Source: Eledone cirrhosa (taxonomy: Eukaryota). From it: a stretch of 64,000 nucleotides of DNA. Of this stretch, positions 25,244-39,840 are shown piece by piece. Where the stretch lies: NCBI GenBank assembly GCA_964016885.1, contig OZ024756.1, positions 8,246,001 through 8,310,000 of the forward strand. The letters are read 5' to 3'. Position numbers and translations under genes: made by a program. Every line of letters starts with the position of its first letter. The first letter of the stretch is position 1. A model generated the notes under the pieces. The model had not been told where the DNA came from. It saw only the letters and a list, made by a program, of their open reading frames with translations, and searched no databases.

Positions 25244-28200
25244 TGAGGACTGGGTGCTATTTGTTGTCACCTACATGACCACTTTACAGTGTGGACTGGG
25301 TGCTACTTGTTGCCACCTACATGACCACTTTACAGTGTGGACTGGGTGCTATTTGTTGTCACCTACATGACCACTTTACAGTGTGGACTGGGTGCTATTT
25401 GTTGTCACCTACACGACCAGTTTACAGTGAGGACTGGGTGCTATTTGTTGTCACCTACATGACCAGTTTACAGTGAGGACTGGGTGCTATTTGTTGTAAC
25501 CTACACGACCAGTTTACAGTGTGGACTGGGTGCTATTTGTTGTCACCTACATGACCAGTTTACAGTGAGGACTGGGTGCTATTTGTTGTCACCTACATGA
25601 CCAGTTTACAGTGTGGACTGGGTGCTATTTGTTGTCACCTACATGACCAGTTTACAGTGTGGACTGGGTGCTATTTGTTGTCACCTACATGACCAGTTTA
25701 CAGTGAGGACTGGGTGCTATTTGTTGTCACCTACATGACCAGTTTACAGTGAGGACTGGGTGCTATTTGTTGTCACCTACATGACCACTTTACAGTGTGG
25801 ACTGGGTGCTACTTGTTGTCACCTACATGACCACTTTACAGTGTGGACTGGGTGCTATTTGTTGTCACCTACATGACCAGTTTACAGTAAGGACTGGGTG
25901 CTATTTGTTGTCACCTACATGACCACTTTACAGTGTGGACTGGGTGCTATTTGTTGTCACCTACACGACCAGTTTACAGTGTGGACTGGGTGCTATTTGT
26001 TGTCACCTACATGACCAGTTTACAGTGTGGACTGGGTGCTATTTGTTGTCACCTACATGACCAGTTTACAGAGAGGACTGGGTGCTATTTGTTGACACCT
26101 ACATGAACAGTTTACAGTGTGGACTGGGTGCTATTTCTTGTCACCTACATGACCAGTTTACAGTGTGGACTGGGTGCTATTTGTTGTCACCTACATGACC
26201 AGTTTACAGAGAGGACTGGGTGCTATTTGTTGTCACCTACATGAACAGTTTACAGTGAGGACTGGGTGCTATTTGTTGTCACCTACATGAACAGTTTACA
26301 GTGAGGACTGGGTGCTATTTCTTGTCACCTACTTGACCAGTTTACAGTGAGGACTGGGTGCTATTTGTTGTCACCTACATGACCAGTTTACAGTGTGGAC
26401 TGGGTGCTATTTCTTGTCACCTACATGACCAGTTTACAGTGAGGACTGGGTGCTATTTGTTGTCACCTACATAACCAGTTTACAGTGTGGACTGGGTGCT
26501 ATTTCTTGTCACCTACATGACCAGTTTACAGTGAGGACTGGGTGCTATTTGTTGTCACCTACATGACCAGTTTACAGTGAGGACTGGGTGCTATTTCTTG
26601 TCACCTACATGACCAGTTTACAGTGTGGACTGGGTGCTATTTGTTGTCACCTACATGACCAGTTTTCAATGAGGACTGGGTGCTATTTGTTGTCACCTAC
26701 ATGACCTGTTTACAGTGTGGACTGGGTGCTATTTGTTGTCACCTACATGACCAGTTTACAGTGTGGACTGGGTGCTATTTGTTGTCACCTACATGACCAG
26801 TTTACAGTGAGGACTGGGTGCTATTTGTTGTCACCTACATGACCAGTTTACAGTGTGGACTGGGTGCTATTTGTTGTCACCTACATGACCAGTTTACACT
26901 GAGGACTGGGTGCTATTTGTTGTCACCTACATGACCACTTTACAGTGTGGACTGGGTGCTACTTGTTGCCACCTACATGACCACTTTACAGTGTGGACTG
27001 GGTGCTATTTGTTGTCACCTACATGACCACTTTACAGTGTGGACTGGGTGCTATTTGTTGTCACCTACACGACCAGTTTACAGTGAGGACTGGGTGCTAT
27101 TTTTGCCACCTACATGACCAGTTTACAGTGAGGACTGGGTGCTATTTGTTGTCACCTACACGACCAGTTTACTGTGAGGACTGAGTGCTATTTGTTGTTA
27201 CCTACATGACCAGTTTACAGTGAGGACTGGGTGCTATTTGTTGTCACCTATATGACTACTTTACAGTGAGGACTGGGTGCTATTTGTTGTCACCTACACG
27301 ACCAGTTTACAGTGAGGACTGGGTGCTATTTGTTGTCACCTACATGACCAGTTTACAGTGTGGACTGGGTGCTATTTGTTGTCACCTACACGACCAGTTT
27401 ACAGTGAGGACTGGGTGCTATTTGTTGTCACCTACATGACCAGTTTACAGTGAGGACTGGGTGCTATTTCTTGTCACCTACATGACCTGTTACAGTGAGT
27501 ACTGGGTGCTATTTCTTGTCACCTACATGACCCCTTTACAGTGTGGACTGGGTGCTATTTGTTGTCACCTACATGACCAGTTTACAGTGAGGACTGGGTG
27601 CTATTTGTTGACACCTACACGACCAGTTTACAGTGAGGACTGGGTACTATTTCTTGTCACCTACATGACCAGTTTACAATGTGGACTGGGTGCTATTTGT
27701 TGTCACCTACATGACCAGTTTACAATGACGAGTGGGTGCTATTTGTTGTCACCCACATGACCTGTTTACTGTGAGGACTGGGTGCTATTTGTTGTCACCT
27801 ACATGACGAGTTTACAGTGAGGACTGGATGCTATTTGTTGTCACCTACACGACCAGTTTACAGTGAGGACTGGGTGCTATTTGTTGTCACCTACATGACT
27901 ACTTTACAGTGAGGACTGGGTGCTATTTGTTGTCACCTACACGACCAGTTTACAGTGAGGACTGGGTGCTATTTGTTGTCACCTACACGACCAGTTTACA
28001 GTGTGGACTGGGTGCTATTTCTTGTCACCTACATGACCAGTTTACAGTGTGGACTGGGTGCTATTTGTTGTCACCTACACGACCAGTTTACAGTGTGGAC
28101 TGGGTGCTATTTGTTGTCACCTACACGACCAGTTTACAGTGTTGACTGGGTGCTATTTCTTGTCACCTACATGACCAGTTTACAGTGTGGACTGGGTGCT

Positions 28201-31200
28201 ATTTGTTGTCACCTACATGACCAGTTTACAGAGAGGACTGGGTGCTATTTGTTGTCACCTACATGACCAGTTTACAGTGAGGACTGGGTGCTATTTGTTG
28301 TCACCTACATGAACAGTTTACAGTGAGGACTGGGTGCTATTTCTTGTCACCTACATGACCAGTTTACAGTGAGGACTGGGTGCTATTTGTTGTCACCTAC
28401 ATGACCAGTTTACAGTGTGGACTGGGTGCTATTTCTTGTCACCTACATGACCAGTTTACAGTGAGGACTGGGTGCTATTTGTTGTCACCTACATGACCAC
28501 TTTACAGTGTGGACTGGGTGCTACTTGTTGCCACCTACATGACCACTTTACAGTGTGGACTGGGTGCTATTTGTTGTCACCTACATGACCACTTTACAGT
28601 GTGGACTGGGTGCTATTTGTTGTCACCTACACGACCAGTTTACAGTGAGGACTGGGTGCTATTTGTTGTCACCTACATGACCAGTTTACAGTGAGGACTG
28701 GGTGCTATTTGTTGTAACCTACACGACCAGTTTACAGTGTGGACTGGGTGCTATTTGTTGTCACCTACATGACCAGTTTACAGTGAGGACTGGGTGCTAT
28801 TTGTTGTCACCTACATGACCAGTTTACAGTGTGGACTGGGTGCTATTTGTTGTCACCTACATGACCAGTTTACAGTGTGGACTGGGTGCTATTTGTTGTC
28901 ACCTACATGACCAGTTTACAGTGAGGACTGGGTGCTATTTGTTGTCACCTACATGACCAGTTTACAGTGAGGACTGGGTGCTATTTGTTGTCACCTACAT
29001 GACCACTTTACAGTGTGGACTGGGTGCTACTTGTTGTCACCTACATGACCACTTTACAGTGTGGACTGGGTGCTATTTGTTGTCACCTACATGACCAGTT
29101 TACAGTAAGGACTGGGTGCTATTTGTTGTCACCTACATGACCACTTTACAGTGTGGACTGGGTGCTATTTGTTGTCACCTACACGACCAGTTTACAGTGT
29201 GGACTGGGTGCTATTTGTTGTCACCTACATGACCAGTTTACAGTGTGGACTGGGTGCTATTTGTTGTCACCTACATGACCAGTTTACAGAGAGGACTGGG
29301 TGCTATTTGTTGTCACCTACATGAACAGTTTACAGTGTGGACTGGGTGCTATTTCTTGTCACCTACATGACCAGTTTACAGTGTGGACTGGGTGCTATTT
29401 GTTGTCACCTACATGACCAGTTTACAGAGAGGACTGGGTGCTATTTGTTGTCACCTACATGAACAGTTTACAGTGAGGACTGGGTGCTATTTGTTGTCAC
29501 CTACATGAACAGTTTACAGTGAGGACTGGGTGCTATTTCTTGTCACCTACTTGACCAGTTTACAGTGAGGACTGGGTGCTATTTGTTGTCACCTACATGA
29601 CCAGTTTACAGTGTGGACTGGGTGCTATTTCTTGTCACCTACATGACCAGTTTACAGTGAGGACTGGGTGCTATTTGTTGTCACCTACATAACCAGTTTA
29701 CAGTGTGGACTGGGTGCTATTTCTTGTCACCTACATGACCAGTTTACAGTGAGGACTGGGTGCTATTTGTTGTCACCTACATGACCAGTTTACAGTGAGG
29801 ACTGGGTGCTATTTCTTGTCACCTACATGACCAGTTTACAGTGTGGACTGGGTGCTATTTGTTGTCACCTACATGACCAGTTTTCAATGAGGACTGGGTG
29901 CTATTTGTTGTCACCTACATGACCTGTTTACAGTGTGGACTGGGTGCTATTTGTTGTCACCTACATGACCAGTTTACAGTGTGGACTGGGTGCTATTTGT
30001 TGTCACCTACATGACCAGTTTACAGTGAGGACTGGGTGCTATTTGTTGTCACCTACATGACCAGTTTACAGTGTGGACTGGGTGCTATTTGTTGTCACCT
30101 ACATGACCAGTTTACACTGAGGACTGGGTGCTATTTGTTGTCACCTACATGACCACTTTACAGTGTGGACTGGGTGCTACTTGTTGCCACCTACATGACC
30201 ACTTTACAGTGTGGACTGGGTGCTATTTGTTGTCACCTACATGACCACTTTACAGTGTGGACTGGGTGCTATTTGTTGTCACCTACACGACCAGTTTACA
30301 GTGAGGACTGGGTGCTATTTTTTCCACCTACATGACCAGTTTACAGTGAGGACTGGGTGCTATTTGTTGTCACCTACACGACCAGTTTACTGTGAGGACT
30401 GAGTGCTATTTGTTGTTACCTACATGACCAGTTTACAGTGAGGACTGGGTGCTATTTGTTGTCACCTATATGACTACTTTACAGTGAGGACTGGGTGCTA
30501 TTTGTTGTCACCTACACGACCAGTTTACAGTGAGGACTGGGTGCTATTTGTTGTCACCTACATGACCAGTTTACAGTGTGGACTGGGTGCTATTTGTTGT
30601 CACCTACACGACCAGTTTACAGTGAGGACTGGGTGCTATTTGTTGTCACCTACATGACCAGTTTACAGTGAGGACTGGGTGCTATTTCTTGTCACCTACA
30701 TGACCTGTTACAGTGAGTACTGGGTGCTATTTCTTGTCACCTACATGACCCCTTTACAGTGTGGACTGGGTGCTATTTGTTGTCACCTACATGACCAGTT
30801 TACAGTGAGGACTGGGTGCTATTTGTTGACACCTACACGACCAGTTTACAGTGAGGACTGGGTACTATTTCTTGTCACCTACATGACCAGTTTACAATGT
30901 GGACTGGGTGCTATTTGTTGTCACCTACATGACCAGTTTACAATGACGAGTGGGTGCTATTTGTTGTCACCCACATGACCTGTTTACTGTGAGGACTGGG
31001 TGCTATTTGTTGTCACCTACATGACGAGTTTACAGTGAGGACTGGATGCTATTTGTTGTCACCTACACGACCAGTTTACAGTGAGGACTGGGTGCTATTT
31101 GTTGTCACCTACATGACTACTTTACAGTGAGGACTGGGTGCTATTTGTTGTCACCTACACGACCAGTTTACAGTGAGGACTGGGTGCTATTTGTTGTCAC

Positions 31201-31713
31201 CTACACGACCAGTTTACAGTGTGGACTGGGTGCTATTTCTTGTCACCTACATGACCAGTTTACAGTGTGGACTGGGTGCTATTTGTTGTCACCTACACGA
31301 CCAGTTTACAGTGTGGACTGGGTGCTATTTGTTGTCACCTACACGACCAGTTTACAGTGTTGACTGGGTGCTATTTCTTGTCACCTACATGACCAGTTTA
31401 CAGTGTGGACTGGGTGCTATTTGTTGTCACCTACATGACCAGTTTACAGAGAGGACTGGGTGCTATTTGTTGTCACCTACATGACCAGTTTACAGTGAGG
31501 ACTGGGTGCTATTTGTTGTCACCTACATGAACAGTTTACAGTGAGGACTGGGTGCTATTTCTTGTCACCTACATGACCAGTTTACAGTGAGGACTGGGTG
31601 CTATTTGTTGTCACCTACATGACCAGTTTACAGTGTGGACTGGGTGCTATTTCTTGTCACCTACATGACCAGTTTACAGTGAGGACTGGGTGCTATTTGT
31701 TGTCACCTACATG
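25244..31713 (+). repeat. Second pair of 3,218-bp (70-monomer) units
   Basis: +3218 offset: 25291>28509, 26993>30211, 27461>30679, 27909>31127. Confidence 0.93.
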
Positions 31714-34700
31714 ACCAGTTTACAATGAGGACTGGGTGCTATTTGTTGTCACCTACATGACCTGTTTACAGTGTGGACTGGGTGCTATTTGTTGTCACCT
31801 ACACGACCAGTTTACAGTGTGGACTGGGTGCTATTTGTTGTCACCTACATGACCAGTTTACAGTGTAGACTGGGTGCTATTTGTTGTCACCTACATGACC
31901 AGTTTACAGTGAGGACTGGGTGCTATTTGTTGTCACCTACATGACCAGTTTACAGTGTGGACTGGGTGCTATTTGTTGTCACCTACATGACCAGTTTACA
32001 CTGAGGACTGGGTGCTATTTGTTGTCACCTACATGACCACTTTACAGTGTGGACTGGGTGCTACTTGTTGTCACCTACATGACCACTTTACAGTGTGGAC
32101 TGGGTGCTATTTGTTGTCACCTACATGACCAGTTTACAGTGTGGACTGGGTGCTATTTGTTGTCGCCTACATGACCAGTTTACAGTGTGGACTGGGTGCT
32201 ATTTGTTGTCACCTACATGACCAGTTTACAGTGAGGACTGGGTGTTATTTGTTGTCACCTACACAACCACTTTACAGTGTGGACTGGGTGCTATTTGTTG
32301 TCACCTACATGACCAGTTTACAGTGAGGACTGGGTGCTATTTGTTGTCACCTACATGACCAGTTTACAGTGAGGACTGGGTGTTATTTGTTGTCACCTAC
32401 ACGACCACTTTACAGTGTGGACTGGGTGCTATTTGTTGTCACCTACATGACCAGTTTACAGTGAGGACTGGGTGCTATTTGTTGTCACCTACATGACCAG
32501 TTTACAGTGTGGACTGGGTGCTATTTGTTGTCACCTACATGACCAGTTTACAGTGAGGACTGGGTGCTATTTGTTGTCACCTACATGACCAGTTTACAGT
32601 GTGGACTGGGTGCTATTTCTTGTCACCTACATGACCAGTTTACAGTGTGGACTGGGTGCTATTTCTTGTCACCTACATGACCACTTTACAGTGTGGACTG
32701 GGTGCTATTTCTTGTCACCTACATGACCAGTTTACAGTGTGGACTGGGTGCTATTTCTTGTCACCTACATGACCAGTTTACAGTGTGGACTGGGTGCTAT
32801 TTGTTGTCACCTACATGACCAGTTTACAGTGAGGACTGGGTGCTATTTGTTGTCACCTACATGACCAGTTTACAGTGTGGACAGGGTGCTATTTGTTGTC
32901 ACCTACATTACTCGTTTACAGTGAGGACTGGGTGCTATTTGTTGTCACCTACACGACCAGTTTACTGTGAGGACTGAGTGCTATTTGTTGTTACCTACAT
33001 GACCAGTTTACAGTGAGGACTGGGTGCTATTTGTTGTCACCTATATGACTACTTTACAGTGAGGACTGGGTGCTATTTGTTGTCACCTACACGACCAGTT
33101 TACAGTGAGGACTGGGTGCTATTTCTTGTCACCTACATGACCTGTTACAGTGAGGACTGGGTGCTATTTCTTGTCACCTACATGACCCCTTTACAGTGTG
33201 GACTGGGTGCTATTTCTTGTCACCTACATGACCAGTTTACAGTGAGGACTGGGTGCTATTTGTTGACACCTACACGACCAGTTTACAGTGAGGACTGGGT
33301 GCTATTTCTTGTCACCTACATGACCAGTTTACAGTGCGGACTGGGTGCTATTTGTTGTCACCTACATGACCAGTTTACAATGACGACTGGGTGCTATTTG
33401 TTGTCACCCACATGACCTGTTTACTGTGAGGACTGGGTGCTATTTGTTGTCACCTACATGACGAGTTTACAGTGAGGACTGGATGCTATTTGTTGTCACC
33501 TACACGACCAGTTTACAGTGAGGACTGGGTGCTATTTGTTGTCACCTACATGACTACTTTACAGTGAGGACTGGGTGCTATTTGTTGTCACCTACACGAC
33601 CAGTTTACAGTGAGGACTGGGTACCATTTGTTGTCACCTACACGACCAGTTTACAGTATGGACTGGGTGCTATTTCTTGTCACCTACATGACCAGTTTAC
33701 AGTGTGGACTGGGTGCTATTTGTTGTCACCTACACGACCAGTTTACAGTGTGGACTGGGTGCTATTTGTTGTCACCTACATGACCAGTTTACACTGAGGA
33801 CTGGGTGCTATTTGTTGTCACCTACATGACCACTTTACAGTGTGGACTGGGTGCTACTTGTTGCCACCTACATGACCACTTTACAGTGTGGACTGGGTGC
33901 TATTTGTTGTCACCTACATGACCACTTTACAGTGTGGACTGGGTGCTATTTGTTGTCACCTACACGACCAGTTTACAGTGAGGACTGGGTGCTATTTGTT
34001 GTCACCAACATGACCAGTTTACAGTGAGGACTGGGTGCTATTTGTTGTAACCTACACGACCAGTTTACAGTGTGGACTGGGTGCTATTTGTTGTCACCTA
34101 CATGACCAGTTTACAGTGAGGACTGGGTGCTATTTGTTGTCACCTACATGACCAGTTTACAGTGTGGACTGGGTGCTATTTGTTGTCACCTACATGACCA
34201 GTTTACAGTGTGGACTGGGTGCTATTTGTTGTCACCTACATGACCAGTTTACAGTGAGGACTGGGTGCTATTTGTTGTCACCTACATGACCAGTTTACAG
34301 TGAGGACTGGGTGCTATTTGTTGTCACCTACATGACCACTTTACAGTGTGGACTGGGTGCTACTTGTTGTCACCTACATGACCACTTTACAGTGTGGACT
34401 GGGTGCTATTTGTTGTCACCTACATGACCAGTTTACAGTAAGGACTGGGTGCTATTTGTTGTCACCTACATGACCACTTTACAGTGTGGACTGGGTGCTA
34501 TTTGTTGTCACCTACACGACCAGTTTACAGTGTGGACTGGGTGCTATTTGTTGTCACCTACATGACCAGTTTACAGTGTGGACTGGGTGCTATTTGTTGT
34601 CACCTACATGACCAGTTTACAGAGAGGACTGGGTGCTATTTGTTGTCACCTACATGAACAGTTTACAGTGTGGACTGGGTGCTATTTCTTGTCACCTACA

Positions 34701-37700
34701 TGACCAGTTTACAGTGTGGACTGGGTGCTATTTGTTGTCACCTACATGACCAGTTTACAGAGAGGACTGGGTGCTATTTGTTGTCACCTACATGAACAGT
34801 TTACAGTGAGGACTGGGTGCTATTTGTTGTCACCTACATGAACAGTTTACAGTGAGGACTGGGTGCTATTTCTTGTCACCTACTTGACCAGTTTACAGTG
34901 AGGACTGGGTGCTATTTGTTGTCACCTACATGACCAGTTTACAGTGTGGACTGGGTGCTATTTCTTGTCACCTACATGACCAGTTTACAGTGAGGACTGG
35001 GTGCTATTTGTTGTCACCTACATAACCAGTTTACAGTGTGGACTGGGTGCTATTTCTTGTCACCTACATGACCAGTTTACAGTGAGGACTGGGTGCTATT
35101 TGTTGTCACCTACATGACCAGTTTACAGTGAGGACTGGGTGCTATTTCTTGTCACCTACATGACCAGTTTACAGTGTGGACTGGGTGCTATTTGTTGTCA
35201 CCTACATGACCAGTTTTCAATGAGGACTGGGTGCTATTTGTTGTCACCTACATGACCTGTTTACAGTGTGGACTGGGTGCTATTTGTTGTCACCTACATG
35301 ACCAGTTTACAGTGTGGACTGGGTGCTATTTGTTGTCACCTACATGACCAGTTTACAGTGAGGACTGGGTGCTATTTGTTGTCACCTACATGACCAGTTT
35401 ACAGTGTGGACTGGGTGCTATTTGTTGTCACCTACATGACCAGTTTACACTGAGGACTGGGTGCTATTTGTTGTCACCTACATGACCACTTTACAGTGTG
35501 GACTGGGTGCTACTTGTTGCCACCTACATGACCACTTTACAGTGTGGACTGGGTGCTATTTGTTGTCACCTACATGACCACTTTACAGTGTGGACTGGGT
35601 GCTATTTGTTGTCACCTACACGACCAGTTTACAGTGAGGACTGGGTGCTATTTTTGCCACCTACATGACCAGTTTACAGTGAGGACTGGGTGCTATTTGT
35701 TGTCACCTACACGACCAGTTTACTGTGAGGACTGAGTGCTATTTGTTGTTACCTACATGACCAGTTTACAGTGAGGACTGGGTGCTATTTGTTGTCACCT
35801 ATATGACTACTTTACAGTGAGGACTGGGTGCTATTTGTTGTCACCTACACGACCAGTTTACAGTGAGGACTGGGTGCTATTTGTTGTCACCTACATGACC
35901 AGTTTACAGTGTGGACTGGGTGCTATTTGTTGTCACCTACACGACCAGTTTACAGTGAGGACTGGGTGCTATTTGTTGTCACCTACATGACCAGTTTACA
36001 GTGAGGACTGGGTGCTATTTCTTGTCACCTACATGACCTGTTACAGTGAGTACTGGGTGCTATTTCTTGTCACCTACATGACCCCTTTACAGTGTGGACT
36101 GGGTGCTATTTGTTGTCACCTACATGACCAGTTTACAGTGAGGACTGGGTGCTATTTGTTGACACCTACACGACCAGTTTACAGTGAGGACTGGGTACTA
36201 TTTCTTGTCACCTACATGACCAGTTTACAATGTGGACTGGGTGCTATTTGTTGTCACCTACATGACCAGTTTACAATGACGAGTGGGTGCTATTTGTTGT
36301 CACCCACATGACCTGTTTACTGTGAGGACTGGGTGCTATTTGTTGTCACCTACATGACGAGTTTACAGTGAGGACTGGATGCTATTTGTTGTCACCTACA
36401 CGACCAGTTTACAGTGAGGACTGGGTGCTATTTGTTGTCACCTACATGACTACTTTACAGTGAGGACTGGGTGCTATTTGTTGTCACCTACACGACCAGT
36501 TTACAGTGAGGACTGGGTGCTATTTGTTGTCACCTACACGACCAGTTTACAGTGTGGACTGGGTGCTATTTCTTGTCACCTACATGACCAGTTTACAGTG
36601 TGGACTGGGTGCTATTTGTTGTCACCTACACGACCAGTTTACAGTGTGGACTGGGTGCTATTTGTTGTCACCTACACGACCAGTTTACAGTGTTGACTGG
36701 GTGCTATTTCTTGTCACCTACATGACCAGTTTACAGTGTGGACTGGGTGCTATTTGTTGTCACCTACATGACCAGTTTACAGAGAGGACTGGGTGCTATT
36801 TGTTGTCACCTACATGACCAGTTTACAGTGAGGACTGGGTGCTATTTGTTGTCACCTACATGAACAGTTTACAGTGAGGACTGGGTGCTATTTCTTGTCA
36901 CCTACATGACCAGTTTACAGTGAGGACTGGGTGCTATTTGTTGTCACCTACATGACCAGTTTACAGTGTGGACTGGGTGCTATTTCTTGTCACCTACATG
37001 ACCAGTTTACAGTGAGGACTGGGTGCTATTTGTTGTCACCTACATGACCAGTTTACAATGAGGACTGGGTGCTATTTGTTGTCACCTACATGACCTGTTT
37101 ACAGTGTGGACTGGGTGCTATTTGTTGTCACCTACACGACCAGTTTACAGTGTGGACTGGGTGCTATTTGTTGTCACCTACATGACCAGTTTACAGTGTA
37201 GACTGGGTGCTATTTGTTGTCACCTACATGACCAGTTTACAGTGAGGACTGGGTGCTATTTGTTGTCACCTACATGACCAGTTTACAGTGTGGACTGGGT
37301 GCTATTTGTTGTCACCTACATGACCAGTTTACACTGAGGACTGGGTGCTATTTGTTGTCACCTACATGACCACTTTACAGTGTGGACTGGGTGCTACTTG
37401 TTGTCACCTACATGACCACTTTACAGTGTGGACTGGGTGCTATTTGTTGTCACCTACATGACCAGTTTACAGTGTGGACTGGGTGCTATTTGTTGTCGCC
37501 TACATGACCAGTTTACAGTGTGGACTGGGTGCTATTTGTTGTCACCTACATGACCAGTTTACAGTGAGGACTGGGTGTTATTTGTTGTCACCTACACAAC
37601 CACTTTACAGTGTGGACTGGGTGCTATTTGTTGTCACCTACATGACCAGTTTACAGTGAGGACTGGGTGCTATTTGTTGTCACCTACATGACCAGTTTAC

Positions 37701-39840
37701 AGTGAGGACTGGGTGTTATTTGTTGTCACCTACACGACCACTTTACAGTGTGGACTGGGTGCTATTTGTTGTCACCTACATGACCAGTTTACAGTGAGGA
37801 CTGGGTGCTATTTGTTGTCACCTACATGACCAGTTTACAGTGTGGACTGGGTGCTATTTGTTGTCACCTACATGACCAGTTTACAGTGAGGACTGGGTGC
37901 TATTTGTTGTCACCTACATGACCAGTTTACAGTGTGGACTGGGTGCTATTTCTTGTCACCTACATGACCAGTTTACAGTGTGGACTGGGTGCTATTTCTT
38001 GTCACCTACATGACCACTTTACAGTGTGGACTGGGTGCTATTTCTTGTCACCTACATGACCAGTTTACAGTGTGGACTGGGTGCTATTTCTTGTCACCTA
38101 CATGACCAGTTTACAGTGTGGACTGGGTGCTATTTGTTGTCACCTACATGACCAGTTTACAGTGAGGACTGGGTGCTATTTGTTGTCACCTACATGACCA
38201 GTTTACAGTGTGGACAGGGTGCTATTTGTTGTCACCTACATTACTCGTTTACAGTGAGGACTGGGTGCTATTTGTTGTCACCTACACGACCAGTTTACTG
38301 TGAGGACTGAGTGCTATTTGTTGTTACCTACATGACCAGTTTACAGTGAGGACTGGGTGCTATTTGTTGTCACCTATATGACTACTTTACAGTGAGGACT
38401 GGGTGCTATTTGTTGTCACCTACACGACCAGTTTACAGTGAGGACTGGGTGCTATTTCTTGTCACCTACATGACCTGTTACAGTGAGGACTGGGTGCTAT
38501 TTCTTGTCACCTACATGACCCCTTTACAGTGTGGACTGGGTGCTATTTCTTGTCACCTACATGACCAGTTTACAGTGAGGACTGGGTGCTATTTGTTGAC
38601 ACCTACACGACCAGTTTACAGTGAGGACTGGGTGCTATTTCTTGTCACCTACATGACCAGTTTACAGTGCGGACTGGGTGCTATTTGTTGTCACCTACAT
38701 GACCAGTTTACAATGACGACTGGGTGCTATTTGTTGTCACCCACATGACCTGTTTACTGTGAGGACTGGGTGCTATTTGTTGTCACCTACATGACGAGTT
38801 TACAGTGAGGACTGGATGCTATTTGTTGTCACCTACACGACCAGTTTACAGTGAGGACTGGGTGCTATTTGTTGTCACCTACATGACTACTTTACAGTGA
38901 GGACTGGGTGCTATTTGTTGTCACCTACACGACCAGTTTACAGTGAGGACTGGGTACCATTTGTTGTCACCTACACGACCAGTTTACAGTATGGACTGGG
39001 TGCTATTTCTTGTCACCTACATGACCAGTTTACAGTGTGGACTGGGTGCTATTTGTTGTCACCTACACGACCAGTTTACAGTGTGGACTGGGTGCTATTT
39101 GTTGTCACCTACATGACCAGTTTACACTGAGGACTGGGTGCTATTTGTTGTCACCTACATGACCACTTTACAGTGTGGACTGGGTGCTACTTGTTGCCAC
39201 CTACATGACCACTTTACAGTGTGGACTGGGTGCTATTTGTTGTCACCTACATGACCACTTTACAGTGTGGACTGGGTGCTATTTGTTGTCACCTACACGA
39301 CCAGTTTACAGTGAGGACTGGGTGCTATTTGTTGTCACCAACATGACCAGTTTACAGTGAGGACTGGGTGCTATTTGTTGTAACCTACACGACCAGTTTA
39401 CAGTGTGGACTGGGTGCTATTTGTTGTCACCTACATGACCAGTTTACAGTGAGGACTGGGTGCTATTTGTTGTCACCTACATGACCAGTTTACAGTGTGG
39501 ACTGGGTGCTATTTGTTGTCACCTACATGACCAGTTTACAGTGTGGACTGGGTGCTATTTGTTGTCACCTACATGACCAGTTTACAGTGAGGACTGGGTG
39601 CTATTTGTTGTCACCTACATGACCAGTTTACAGTGAGGACTGGGTGCTATTTGTTGTCACCTACATGACCACTTTACAGTGTGGACTGGGTGCTACTTGT
39701 TGTCACCTACATGACCACTTTACAGTGTGGACTGGGTGCTATTTGTTGTCACCTACATGACCAGTTTACAGTAAGGACTGGGTGCTATTTGTTGTCACCT
39801 ACATGACCACTTTACAGTGTGGACTGGGTGCTATTTGTTG
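28462..39840 (+). repeat. Tandem duplication of a 5,333-bp higher-order unit (116 monomers)
   Basis: +5333 offset: 30211>35544, 30679>36012, 32141>37474, 33059>38392, 33842>39175. 116x46=5336 minus three 1-bp deletions. Confidence 0.93.

Larger units (their letters stand above)
16080..31980 (+). repeat. Tandem duplication of a 7,908-bp higher-order unit (172 monomers)
   Basis: Constant +7908 offset: ACGGCC 16171>24079, 17383>25291, 19085>26993, 20601>28509, 22303>30211, 23219>31127. 7908 = 2x3218 + 32x46. Confidence 0.94.
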
